Assembly (NCBI GenBank): GCA_964637315.1
Contig: CAZWTT010000003.1
Span: 64,022-128,021 of the forward strand
Reading direction: 5' to 3'
DNA from: an uncultured Dehalococcoidia bacterium
Lineage (GTDB): Bacteria > Chloroflexota > Dehalococcoidia > Lucifugimonadales > UBA2962
Length of the DNA stretch: 64,000 nt
In this document: in pieces, positions 7,410 to 16,102 of the stretch
Numbering within the stretch: position 1 is the stretch's first letter
How the letters are laid out: every line of letters begins with the position of its first letter
Made by a program: the position numbers and the translations under genes
Notes under the pieces: generated by a model
Seen by the model: the letters and a program-made list of their open reading frames with translations, nothing else
Told to the model about the DNA's origin: nothing
Database searches by the model: none

Positions 7410-8990
7410 TCAAGCGTGCAATATCCCGGGAAAGAAGTGCAGAAAACTGGTTATGGGGGCCCCTGCCGCCTGACCCAGACCGCAGAGGGAGGTCGACCCA
7501 ACTATGTCAGCTAGGTAGGTCAACTCATCGAGGTCGGCCTGCGAGCCGTTGCCCGACGCCAGCCGGTCGATGGCTTCCACTATGCGAGGCGTTCCCTCGC
7601 GGCACGGTGTGCATTTGCCGCAAGACTCGTCTGCGTTGTACGCGGCTAGCGCCCTCATCGCCTCGACGACGCCGACGGACTCGTCCAGTGCGACCAACCC
7701 ACCTGCGCCCAGCATTATGCCAGACTCGTGCAGCATGCCGGGCATGATCTCGATATCAAGGGAAGTCGGCGGCAGAAGCCCGCTCGACGGCCCGCCGACC
7801 CCCAGTGCCGTCAGCGTCCGGCCCTCTCGCAAGTCGCCACCGACGCCCTCCACAACCTCACGCAGAGGAGTTCCGAATGGCACCTCGATCAGGCCCGGTC
7901 GTTCGACCGCCCCGGAAAGGCTCAGCACCTTGGTGCCCGAGGCTCCCTCGACACCGATAGCGGCGAAGGCATCCGGGCCGTCATTGATGATGAACGGCAG
8001 GTTGGACAGGGTTTCAGCGTTGTTAACGATGGTCGGTCTACCTAGGTAACCCGACTCGGTAGGGAAGGGAGGGCGCAGCCGGGGTTCCCGGCGGTAACCC
8101 TCCATCGTGTCCAGAAGCGTGGTCTCCTCTCCGCACACGTAGCCGCCTGCGCCCCTGCGGATCTCCATTCGAACGGGCCAGCCTGATCCGAGTACGTCGG
8201 TGCCAACGAGGCCGAGCGCCATCGCATCGGCCAGCGATCGTTCCATTCGCGCCGCCGAAAAATCGGCCTCGGCGTTGATGTAGATAAAGATCGCCTCGGC
8301 GCCCGCGGCGTAGGCGGCAATGAGCGCCCCTTCGATCACCCGGTGAGGCAGGCCCTCCATGAGGTGGCGGTCCTTGAACAGGCCTGGCTCGCCCTCTTCC
8401 GAATTGACGATGAGGTACCGAGGCTCGGCGGCGGCCTTACGCGCACTCTCCCATTTGAGGGCGACCGGAAAATACGCTCCGCCGCGCCCCCTGAGGCCGG
8501 ACTCTTTCACCCGGGCGATCAAGGCCTCCGGGGACTCTGATAGGGCTGCAGCGAGGCCGGCGTAACCACCCCCGGTGAGGTACTCGTCGATGCCGTCGGC
8601 GTCGATTTCGCCGCAGCCGTTTAGAACCACCCGCGTTTGGCCCGACAGGAAAGTCGAGTCGTCTACGTAGCGTAGGGGCGCCGCTCCGCCCTCAAGCGTC
8701 GTGGAGATACGTATCGCAGTGTCGATGTCGACTCGGGGTAGCCGTACCGCAACCCCGCCCTGGTCCGTAACCACCACTGTCGGAGCGTCGAAACAGGCCC
8801 CGTCGCAACCGGCCACAACGAGGTGGGAATTGTCCAGTAGGTCCTCTCGGAACGCCTTTACGATATCCTCGGCTCCCACAGAGGCGGAGCAATGGCCAAC
8901 CTGGACAGCGACCCGTAATTTCTTGGCATGAGCCGACAGACGAACTTCAGCGGTGCTACGGAGCCGCTCGAATGCCGTCCGCGCCGTCAC
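7410..8990 (-). CDS. fdsB: formate dehydrogenase beta subunit (NuoF-like NAD/FMN/4Fe-4S flavoprotein)
   Basis: 526 aa with GLRGRGGAYFPVALKWE (FMN/NADH site) and ESCGKCTPCREG (the N3-type 4Fe-4S motif). There is an N-terminal thioredoxin-like extension. The gene overlaps fdsG by 4 nt. Confidence 0.9.
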   Translation of the reverse strand: MTARTAFERLRSTAEVRLSAHAKKLRVAVQVGHCSASVGAEDIVKAFREDLLDNSHLVVAGCDGACFDAPTVVVTDQGGVAVRLPRVDIDTAIRISTTLEGGAAPLRYVDDSTFLSGQTRVVLNGCGEIDADGIDEYLTGGGYAGLAAALSESPEALIARVKESGLRGRGGAYFPVALKWESARKAAAEPRYLIVNSEEGEPGLFKDRHLMEGLPHRVIEGALIAAYAAGAEAIFIYINAEADFSAARMERSLADAMALGLVGTDVLGSGWPVRMEIRRGAGGYVCGEETTLLDTMEGYRREPRLRPPFPTESGYLGRPTIVNNAETLSNLPFIINDGPDAFAAIGVEGASGTKVLSLSGAVERPGLIEVPFGTPLREVVEGVGGDLREGRTLTALGVGGPSSGLLPPTSLDIEIMPGMLHESGIMLGAGGLVALDESVGVVEAMRALAAYNADESCGKCTPCREGTPRIVEAIDRLASGNGSQADLDELTYLADIVGSTSLCGLGQAAGAPITSFLHFFPGILHA

Positions 8991-9481
8991 GATGTCGCTC
9001 CGGTCGATAGCCGTTCGATGATCGCCGTCGTCCTCTCAAGGGTGGTGCGGCCGTGCCAGCGCCCGTCTATCTGCACCGCCGGGGCGACCCCGCAGAGGAA
9101 GCCGCAGGCGGTTCGCTCCAGCGTCACCGTTGTGTCGCTTGTATTCGCCGTTTCTCCCGTATCAACGCTGAGTAGGGCCTTGATTGCGTCCAAGACGCCA
9201 TCGCCACCGACCATACGACAGGAAAGACCTGTACAAACACGGACAACGTGCTCGCCCGGCCTTTCGACTCGTAATTCTGGGTAGCTGGTCACCGCCCCGT
9301 AGACCTCGCTGGTCGGGATACCCAGGTGCCAGGAAACGACCTCCATGCCCCAGTCGGGCAGGTGGCCGAACTCGTGTTGCAAATGATGGAGTGCGGGAAG
9401 AAGCTGTCCGTGCTCGCGTGGGAACCTCTCGCGCAGGTCTGCACGCAACTGGTTTCGAGACGATTTCGATAAGTCGTTCAC
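8987..9481 (-). CDS. fdsG: formate dehydrogenase gamma subunit (NuoE-like 2Fe-2S protein)
   Basis: 164 aa with VCTGLSCRMVGG and ACGFLCGVAPAVQIDG (the NuoE 2Fe-2S cysteine pairs). Confidence 0.88.
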   Translation of the reverse strand: MNDLSKSSRNQLRADLRERFPREHGQLLPALHHLQHEFGHLPDWGMEVVSWHLGIPTSEVYGAVTSYPELRVERPGEHVVRVCTGLSCRMVGGDGVLDAIKALLSVDTGETANTSDTTVTLERTACGFLCGVAPAVQIDGRWHGRTTLERTTAIIERLSTGATS

Positions 9482-9496
9482 TGTTATCCGATCACA

Positions 9497-9880
9497 CTAC
9501 CCACGGGCGACGATTGCTTTGTTAAGGGCCACGGTCACCCTGCTGATCCAATCCTCATCATCGGATGTTAGGGCCGCCGTTTCTCCGGCCTCCGTCGTGA
9601 GGACGACTTCGTACTGGACTGAAAGGCTCCGGTACCAAAAGATTCCGAGTCCGCCGACAATCGCTCCGGCCACAATGGTGGGGATGTCGCCTCCGTTTAG
9701 ACCGCCGAACAGGATGATTGCCCCTGCAGCGACCATGACGGTCGGCCACACTCGGTTCGCCTCCCTCTTGCGGTTGGAAACCGATGTGATCCCGTTGATC
9801 ACGTAGGTCTGAGAACGTACTACGAACCGGGTTCGAGTCACCGTTACAACCTCGTCCTGATAGATGGGTTCGTCTTCCAT
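9497..9880 (-). CDS. small two-TM membrane protein (possibly DUF6232-like)
   Basis: 127 aa. An N-terminal beta-like segment (VVTVTRTRFVVRSQTYVINGITSV) is followed by two Gly-rich TM helices and then a soluble tail. It lies between the AOR gene and fdsG with gaps of 9 and 15 nt. The family name is from memory only. Confidence 0.55.
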   Translation of the reverse strand: MEDEPIYQDEVVTVTRTRFVVRSQTYVINGITSVSNRKREANRVWPTVMVAAGAIILFGGLNGGDIPTIVAGAIVGGLGIFWYRSLSVQYEVVLTTEAGETAALTSDDEDWISRVTVALNKAIVARG

Positions 9881-9889
9881 CTTGCCGCT

Positions 9890-11776
9890 TTAAGCACCGG
9901 CCGCAACGGTCGATAACCGGCCTAGACCTAGGCTGACCAGCTTGGATGTGGGTATGGTGCCGTCGGGGTTCCAGCCGCGAGCCTCGTAATAGGAGTCGAT
10001 CATCAGCTTCAGGTCGTCTTCGGGCAGACCGACACCCACTCCGGGCCCATCGGGCAGATCGTCGGTCAGGATTCGCTGGGGCAGTGCATCTTCGGAGCGC
10101 TGCCAGCCCTCGCGGATGTTGAATAGCTTCTTGAGGTTGTTGATACGCTCGCCGGCGAGGCGCAACTCGTCGGGCGTGACGTTCCAGCCGGTGACGTGGG
10201 ACAGGACGATGGCGGACTCGGCGTAGAAGTCGTCGAACACCTTGCGCAGGAACTTGCACCACGCCAGCGAGTCAATCACGGCCGAGTAATCCTCGCCTTC
10301 GGCCGTGATTTCGCCCCTCTCCCAGTCGACGGCCAGTCTGTCCACCCGGTCGGAAAAATCGGCCTCATAGGCCGAGGAACGGTTGTGGCAGGCACCGCGT
10401 GTGCTGACGGCCAGCGCCAGCGCCATCGTCTTGAGGGACCGGGGCTCGTAGCCGGGCATCTCCAAGCCCTTGACGTGCATTGCCCAGGCCTCTGAGCCCT
10501 GGCCGACGCGCTCGGCTGCCCGGCGGCTGCCCTCCGCCAGCAGGTCGCCGAGGCCTCGCCTATGGGCGATGGCTTCCAGCGCCTTGAGGACGGTCTCGCC
10601 ATTGCCAAACCGTGGTGTAGATTCACCATCGAATAACCCTTTTGAAGCGCTTTCGGCGCACCAGGCGAGGGTGGCGCCGGCGCTGATCGTGTCCATGCCC
10701 AACTCGTCGCACATCACGGACGCCCGGAGCACCGCGTTGGGATCGGACACGCCGAGCAACGAGCCCAGCGCGAAGGCCGACTCGTACTCCATGCGTCCGG
10801 TCGCACGATTGCCGCTATCACCGGTTGTCATAACGTGCTCGCAACCGATCGTGCAGTTCACACAGTGGGCGTTCTTCACCCGGTGATGGGAATGGAACCG
10901 CTCGCCTCCGATGGCCGCGGCACCTTCGAAGGTCGAACTCTGGAAATTGCGAGTCGGCAGGCTTCCCAGGCGGCTGAAGACCTCGACGTTGGCCATTGTG
11001 CCCAGTGTTCGGTATTTCTCCGTCGCCGGTCCCAGGCTACGATGGCTCAGTTCCCGCCCGAGGCGGTTGAGGGCTTCCGGGTTGGCAACGGGCACCGGTG
11101 CGGCGCCGCGAACGGCGATGGCTTTAATGCCCTTGGACCCCATGACTGCGCCGACGCCGGTGCGACCGGCCTGCCTCCCGCCGTCGCTCCGGATGCTGGC
11201 GAAGCGGACAAGCGACTCTCCCGCCGGGCCGATGCATGCGACCCTGAATCGGCGGTCCAATCGTGCTTTGACGGCTTCCTCGGTCGCCGATGTGGATTTC
11301 CCGGACAGGTCGGCGGCGTCCAGCAACTCGACTTCGCCGTCTTCGATCTTGAGCAGGGTCGGACGGTCGCGAGCGCCTTTGATTACCAGAGCATCGAAGC
11401 CGCAGCGCTTTAGTTCGGTCGCCATGAAACTGGACGAGAGCGAGTCGCCGATGAAGCCTGTCAGGGGCGACTTGGCGACCACCGCGAACTTGCTTGATGT
11501 CGTCAGACGACTTCCAACCAGGGGACTGGTGACGAAGATGAGCGGGTTCCTGGGCCCGAGGGGATCGGCTCTCGACGGACAATGGCGGTAGAGCAGCCAG
11601 GCCCCCAGTCCGGTGCCGCCGATGAATGCGCGCAGGACCGCTTCGGGGATGGGCTCGAAACCCGCCTCGCCGGTGTCCAGGTCCACTACTAGGGCACGCC
11701 CTAGGTAGCCGAACAAGGGTCTGTCGGCGTTTGCGGAAGTCCCTTTCAGCGCAGCGGAACCGGTCGATACGGTCAT
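9890..11776 (-). CDS. aldehyde:ferredoxin oxidoreductase family (tungsto/molybdopterin) enzyme
   Basis: 628 aa with the AOR N-terminal signature GYLGRALVVDLDTGE...GGTGLGAWLL and the 4Fe-4S/pterin region KNAHCVNCTIGCEH. It overlaps the upstream moaD-like gene by 4 nt. Confidence 0.9.
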   Translation of the reverse strand: MTVSTGSAALKGTSANADRPLFGYLGRALVVDLDTGEAGFEPIPEAVLRAFIGGTGLGAWLLYRHCPSRADPLGPRNPLIFVTSPLVGSRLTTSSKFAVVAKSPLTGFIGDSLSSSFMATELKRCGFDALVIKGARDRPTLLKIEDGEVELLDAADLSGKSTSATEEAVKARLDRRFRVACIGPAGESLVRFASIRSDGGRQAGRTGVGAVMGSKGIKAIAVRGAAPVPVANPEALNRLGRELSHRSLGPATEKYRTLGTMANVEVFSRLGSLPTRNFQSSTFEGAAAIGGERFHSHHRVKNAHCVNCTIGCEHVMTTGDSGNRATGRMEYESAFALGSLLGVSDPNAVLRASVMCDELGMDTISAGATLAWCAESASKGLFDGESTPRFGNGETVLKALEAIAHRRGLGDLLAEGSRRAAERVGQGSEAWAMHVKGLEMPGYEPRSLKTMALALAVSTRGACHNRSSAYEADFSDRVDRLAVDWERGEITAEGEDYSAVIDSLAWCKFLRKVFDDFYAESAIVLSHVTGWNVTPDELRLAGERINNLKKLFNIREGWQRSEDALPQRILTDDLPDGPGVGVGLPEDDLKLMIDSYYEARGWNPDGTIPTSKLVSLGLGRLSTVAAGA

Positions 11777-12102
11777 CCGCCCGCCTGGCTGGAGAAGAGC
11801 AGCATCCGGTCGCCCGTTGTTATCCGTCTTCCCGAGTCGGACATGAACGAGGTTCCGTTCAGGTTGAGGATGTAGCTTGTCATCAAGCTCCCCTCAGGAT
11901 CCACGACTTCGCCGACCAGTTCGGGTACCTCTCTTGCCAGTCGCCCGGCCACGTCGGTCGCCGATACGTTTGTGGGAAGCTCCAGATGGACAGTGCTGCG
12001 CCCGGCCAACAGCCTGGCGTTGCCAAACAGTTCAACCACGGCGGAGACATTCGTCTTCCCAAGGTCTGAACCAGCCGAGTTTTGTGTGTTGAATAGCTTC
12101 AT
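11773..12102 (-). CDS. MoaD/ThiS-like ubiquitin-fold sulfur-carrier protein
   Basis: 109 aa ending in ...LLFSSQAGG (C-terminal Gly-Gly). It is sandwiched, with overlaps, between mobA and the AOR gene. Confidence 0.7.
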   Translation of the reverse strand: MKLFNTQNSAGSDLGKTNVSAVVELFGNARLLAGRSTVHLELPTNVSATDVAGRLAREVPELVGEVVDPEGSLMTSYILNLNGTSFMSDSGRRITTGDRMLLFSSQAGG

Positions 12103-12773
12103 GCGAGCGATTCGGAAGCGATCTCTGCGGCCCTAGCCCTCGCAAATTCCAAGTTTCTCTGCGTGTTTACGTTGAAGAAACTCCAGCGACCCGGGTCTAT
12201 CTCTTCCACCGTCTTCTGTGGGACATACTTTACCGCGACCGACCCGAAGAAGCCGGTAATTTTTAGGCGACCGGCGCGAATACTCTCTTCCATCGGCGCC
12301 AAGCACTTCTTTGAGTAGAGGGCGTGAGTGGGCTCGGGCCAGCCGTCCAGCACCGGTATGACGATATCAAATCCCGTCCTTGCGTTCGCCATGTGAGAGA
12401 GTAGCGGTTTGCTGAGGAAGGGCATGTCGCAGGCGACGACCACGACCCAATTTGAGTGTGCCTCGGTGAGGCCTGTGAAAATGCCGCCCAGCGCTCCCGA
12501 GTCCGGGAATAAGTCCTGAACGGTCCGTCCCCTGTCGGGTACGGGGAGGGTGTTCGCCTGGGCCTCGTCGGCGACCACCACCACCAAATCGGAAGTGACA
12601 GATTCCAGAACGGAAATCGCGAGGGAGACCAGCGGGACGCTGCCAACCAGTTCGAGCGCCTTGTTCCGGCCCAGCCTCGTGCTCCGGCCGCCGGCCAGCA
12701 CCACACCGGTGATGGGCGAGACGTCCACGGAGACCTTCCCCTCGGTGCCACCGCGCTCCGCTGCCATCGTCAA
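12099..12773 (-). CDS. mobA: molybdenum cofactor guanylyltransferase
   Basis: 224 aa. The N-terminal motif GVVLAGGRSTRLGRNKAL is typical of MobA. Confidence 0.85.
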   Translation of the reverse strand: MTMAAERGGTEGKVSVDVSPITGVVLAGGRSTRLGRNKALELVGSVPLVSLAISVLESVTSDLVVVVADEAQANTLPVPDRGRTVQDLFPDSGALGGIFTGLTEAHSNWVVVVACDMPFLSKPLLSHMANARTGFDIVIPVLDGWPEPTHALYSKKCLAPMEESIRAGRLKITGFFGSVAVKYVPQKTVEEIDPGRWSFFNVNTQRNLEFARARAAEIASESLA

Positions 12774-12804
12774 AGACTAACACGGTGAGGTGGTGGGGTG
12801 AGTC

Positions 12805-14877
12805 TTAGTCTTGCTTGCGGCGTGTCAGTGGTTTCGCCGGTAGCTGGTCGACGACCTCGCCTGTCTCAGTCGTGTCGTAGCCGCCCAGACTTTCTACTCT
12901 CGCTTTAAAATCTGGCGAACGGATCGCCTGTAGCACGGCGGCAACTGAATCCGTTTCAATCTCGTTCGCTGAGATGACCAGGTCATATCGCTCTTTCAAC
13001 AAGGGCACGAAGTCGAGACCGAACGCTCGCGCGGACGACTGGATGCCTAGGCTGACGTTGGCTCGGCCGGCGCTCACCGCCGCGGCGACCGCCAGGTGCG
13101 TGTACTCCTCATGGCCGTAGCCGCTGACGCTATCCGGCTCGATCCCGAGACGCGAGAGTTCGTGGTCGAGCAGGAGCCGTGTGCCCGAGCCCCGTTGCCG
13201 GTTGACGAACGTAGCAGAAGTCTCAGCAAGATCTTCGAAGGAGGTCACTCCGAGAGGATTTCCCTGTGTGACGATCAGGCCCTGAATCCGGTGGACTAGC
13301 GTCGTGACGACCACCGGCTTGGAAATGTGGCGGTCTACGTACGACAGGTTGTATTCGCCGGTCTCAGGATCGAGTAGATGAGTGCCGGCGATGTGTGCCT
13401 CACCGCGCTCGATGGCGACGAGCCCGCCCAGCGAGCCGACGCTTGCCGACGCAAGTCTGGGGCCTCCCCGTTCATCCAGCAGGTTCGCCAGCACGTCCAG
13501 GGTCATGTCGTGGCTGCCGGTTACGACCACTGTGCGATCTATCACGACCAGCGGCCGCAACAGGTCAATGCGCAGGGTGGAGCCGGCCTCGACTCCCTCC
13601 GAGAATCGAGGCAGCAGCGTGATTCCATCGGCCTCGACCAGCGACATGATCACTCCCGCGCCCCGGCGTATCGGAGTCGCTATCAACCTGCCGTCCACTC
13701 GGCCGAGCCTTACCCGGAGAAACTCGTCCTCCCCGGCTGGCGAGACGATCTTGCGGGTCGCGACCGCCTCGACCGTTTCGCCCTCAGAGCGTGAGCGCAG
13801 GACCTCCATCCCGGCAGTCGGAGTCCCCACGGTCCTTGTCACGGATGTTCCAAGGCAATCGTCAATGACTCGTCTTAAAAATAGTTCGGAAGTTACCAGG
13901 GCCGATACTGGGTAGCCCGGTATCCCTAGGACCGGCGTTTTTCCAACCACACCGAGTACCACCGGATGGCCGGGACGGACCGCGACGCCATGTACGGCCA
14001 GCTCGCCCAGCGCCTCCACGGCGCGGGCTGTGAAGTCCTCCGAACCGGCCGACGAGCCGGCGTTGATAACGACCACGTCGTGCGATCCGGCTGCCTGGCG
14101 GATGGCCGCCTCCACCAGTGCAAGGTCATCACGGACCGGGTCCAGGCGAACCGGCGCGCCGCCCCACTCGGCCACCTGGGCGGCGAGCATGATCGAGTTG
14201 TACTCGACGACCTGTCCCGGCGCAGCAGCAGTTCCCGGCTCCACCAGCTCGGTGCCGGTAGGTATGATCGCCACCGTTGGCTGCTTCCTGACCGAAACCT
14301 CCGCGACCCCGGCTGCGGCGCACGCTCCCAGGTCCTGCGGCCTCAGCCGGTGGCCGCCCGGCAGCACCAATTCGGTTGCCGCGATGTCCTCGCCGATCGG
14401 TCTTACGTGCTGGTAGGGAGCAGCGGGTGCGCGAATTCTCACGTGGTCCTGTTCGGGGCCGTCCACGTGCTCGATCATCACGACCGCGTCGAATCCTTCC
14501 GGCATCGGATCGCCGGTGTCCAGCCAGATCGCCGTTTTTCCAGGCGCTAGGCTGACGGGAGCAGTTTCAGTCGCTCCGGCGGTCTCGGCGGAGCGCACCG
14601 CGATCCCATCCATCGCGGCCGCGTCGTAGTGAGGGGACGACCTAAGGGCCCACACCGGCCCCGCCGTCACTCGGCCTGTGGCTTCGGCTAGTGGGATGGG
14701 CTCTGCCGCGGTCAGCAGCCCGACGCCGGCACGGTCGAGGGCGTCATCGAACCGACTCCCGGCCTCGTTCAGGGGCAGGTCCCGGAGGTAGTAGCGGCGA
14801 TGGCCCTTCTCCCCGTCTGTCGTGTCGGACCGGGCGTCCATATCAGAAAAGTGTGACCGGCACCGGTTCTCCCGCAT
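12805..14877 (-). CDS. moeA: MoeA-type molybdopterin molybdo/tungstotransferase fused to a C-terminal periplasmic-binding-protein-like (oxyanion-binding-like) domain
   Basis: 690 aa with MoeA motifs (SPHYDAAAMDGIAVRS, VVINAGSSAGSEDF, GVAVRPGHP). It has a C-terminal extension of about 250 aa (VVVTGSHDMTLDVLANLL...FVNRQRGSGTRLLLD) with a PBP type-2 look. Confidence 0.8.
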   Translation of the reverse strand: MRENRCRSHFSDMDARSDTTDGEKGHRRYYLRDLPLNEAGSRFDDALDRAGVGLLTAAEPIPLAEATGRVTAGPVWALRSSPHYDAAAMDGIAVRSAETAGATETAPVSLAPGKTAIWLDTGDPMPEGFDAVVMIEHVDGPEQDHVRIRAPAAPYQHVRPIGEDIAATELVLPGGHRLRPQDLGACAAAGVAEVSVRKQPTVAIIPTGTELVEPGTAAAPGQVVEYNSIMLAAQVAEWGGAPVRLDPVRDDLALVEAAIRQAAGSHDVVVINAGSSAGSEDFTARAVEALGELAVHGVAVRPGHPVVLGVVGKTPVLGIPGYPVSALVTSELFLRRVIDDCLGTSVTRTVGTPTAGMEVLRSRSEGETVEAVATRKIVSPAGEDEFLRVRLGRVDGRLIATPIRRGAGVIMSLVEADGITLLPRFSEGVEAGSTLRIDLLRPLVVIDRTVVVTGSHDMTLDVLANLLDERGGPRLASASVGSLGGLVAIERGEAHIAGTHLLDPETGEYNLSYVDRHISKPVVVTTLVHRIQGLIVTQGNPLGVTSFEDLAETSATFVNRQRGSGTRLLLDHELSRLGIEPDSVSGYGHEEYTHLAVAAAVSAGRANVSLGIQSSARAFGLDFVPLLKERYDLVISANEIETDSVAAVLQAIRSPDFKARVESLGGYDTTETGEVVDQLPAKPLTRRKQD

Positions 14878-16057
14878 ACAGGCCGCCGGAATCCAGTGGG
14901 ACGGATGCGATACCGTCGGCTCTCACTAGCGTGAAGATGAGGTTCGACTTTCCGAAAACGGGTTCGGCCACCGTGCCCCCGGTACCGGCCTTCAATCTGA
15001 CGGGAAAGAAGTCCTGGCGGCCGGAAACGGATGGAACGTCCCTCGTCAACGTCGCGGTCACGGTCGGTCTGATATCCGCAGAGCCCGAGCCAATCAGGGA
15101 GTGGATGACCGGCCGCACTAGCAGGTCGAAGACCACCATCGCCGACACCGGGTTGCCCGGCAGGCCGAAGACCGGCGTCCGCCCCGCGAGCCCGGCGATA
15201 GTGGGCTTGCCCGGTTTGATCGATATGCCGTGCACCAGTACACCAGGCTCGCCTAGCTCTGACAGCACAGCGGCCGTCATGTCCCGGCTGCCCACCGAGC
15301 TGCCGGCCGAGAAGACCACGACATCGCCCTTTCCCATCGCCTCGATTGCGGCTTTGCGCTGGCCGTCTAGGTCGTCGGGGAATAGTCCTATCGGTATTGG
15401 AGCGCCACCGGCCAGATCGACCAGGGCCGACACCGTGTGAGTATTGATGTCCCTCACTTGGCCGGGTGCCGGGGTCTCGCCGGGAGATACCACTTCGTCG
15501 CCGGTGGACACGATGGTCACCCGCGGTCGCTTCGCCACCTCTAACTCGGTCAGTCCGAGCGCGAGCAGCGCCCCGATGTCCTGAGGCCTCAGAGTGTGAC
15601 CGTTGGGAACGACCTCCTGACCCGGCGACACGTCCTCGTTTGGCTGGACGACGTTCTCTCCCGGCGCGACCGGCCGGGTCACTTCCAAGGTGCCGTCGTC
15701 TATCAGCTGGGTGTGCTCGACCATGACGACAGCGTCCGCGCCCTCTGCCAGCATGCCTCCGGTAAAGGCAGTCGCCGCTTGACCGGGCGCCAGCGTGACA
15801 TCGGGCGCTCGGCCCATCGGCACCTCGCCGGTGACTTCCAGATACGCCGGCAGTCCATCAGTTGCGCCGAACGTGTTCGCCGCCCGCACCGAATACCCGT
15901 CCATCGACGAGCGGGCAAAGGCGGGCAGGCCGGTAGGGGCTAGGGAACGGACAGCGGTGACCCGGCCGACGGCATCGACGGTGGAGACCGTCTCGGCGCC
16001 GACCCGAACATCCCCGATCCGCTCCAAGAGCAGCGCGAGCGCCTGGTCGGGCGGCAA
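14843..16057 (-). CDS. moeA: MoeA-type molybdopterin molybdenumtransferase (second paralog)
   Basis: 404 aa with PAFARSSMDGYSVRA, VVFSAGSSVGSRDM and GISIKPGKP. It has a TTG start. The frame is open back to the fhs stop, but no ATG or GTG lies upstream. It overlaps the downstream moeA fusion gene by 35 nt. Confidence 0.88.
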   Translation of the reverse strand: MPPDQALALLLERIGDVRVGAETVSTVDAVGRVTAVRSLAPTGLPAFARSSMDGYSVRAANTFGATDGLPAYLEVTGEVPMGRAPDVTLAPGQAATAFTGGMLAEGADAVVMVEHTQLIDDGTLEVTRPVAPGENVVQPNEDVSPGQEVVPNGHTLRPQDIGALLALGLTELEVAKRPRVTIVSTGDEVVSPGETPAPGQVRDINTHTVSALVDLAGGAPIPIGLFPDDLDGQRKAAIEAMGKGDVVVFSAGSSVGSRDMTAAVLSELGEPGVLVHGISIKPGKPTIAGLAGRTPVFGLPGNPVSAMVVFDLLVRPVIHSLIGSGSADIRPTVTATLTRDVPSVSGRQDFFPVRLKAGTGGTVAEPVFGKSNLIFTLVRADGIASVPLDSGGLYAGEPVPVTLF

Positions 16058-16102
16058 GAGGTTGAAGAGTTCGGCCAGCGTAGACTTCTTGAGCGGCCCT
16101 GG

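Noticed and set aside
9558-10262. 234-aa minus-strand ORF overlapping the AOR gene and the small membrane protein.
   Set aside because: It is extremely Arg/Pro-rich (RRRLRRVRHRP...). It lies out of frame over the strongly supported AOR coding sequence.
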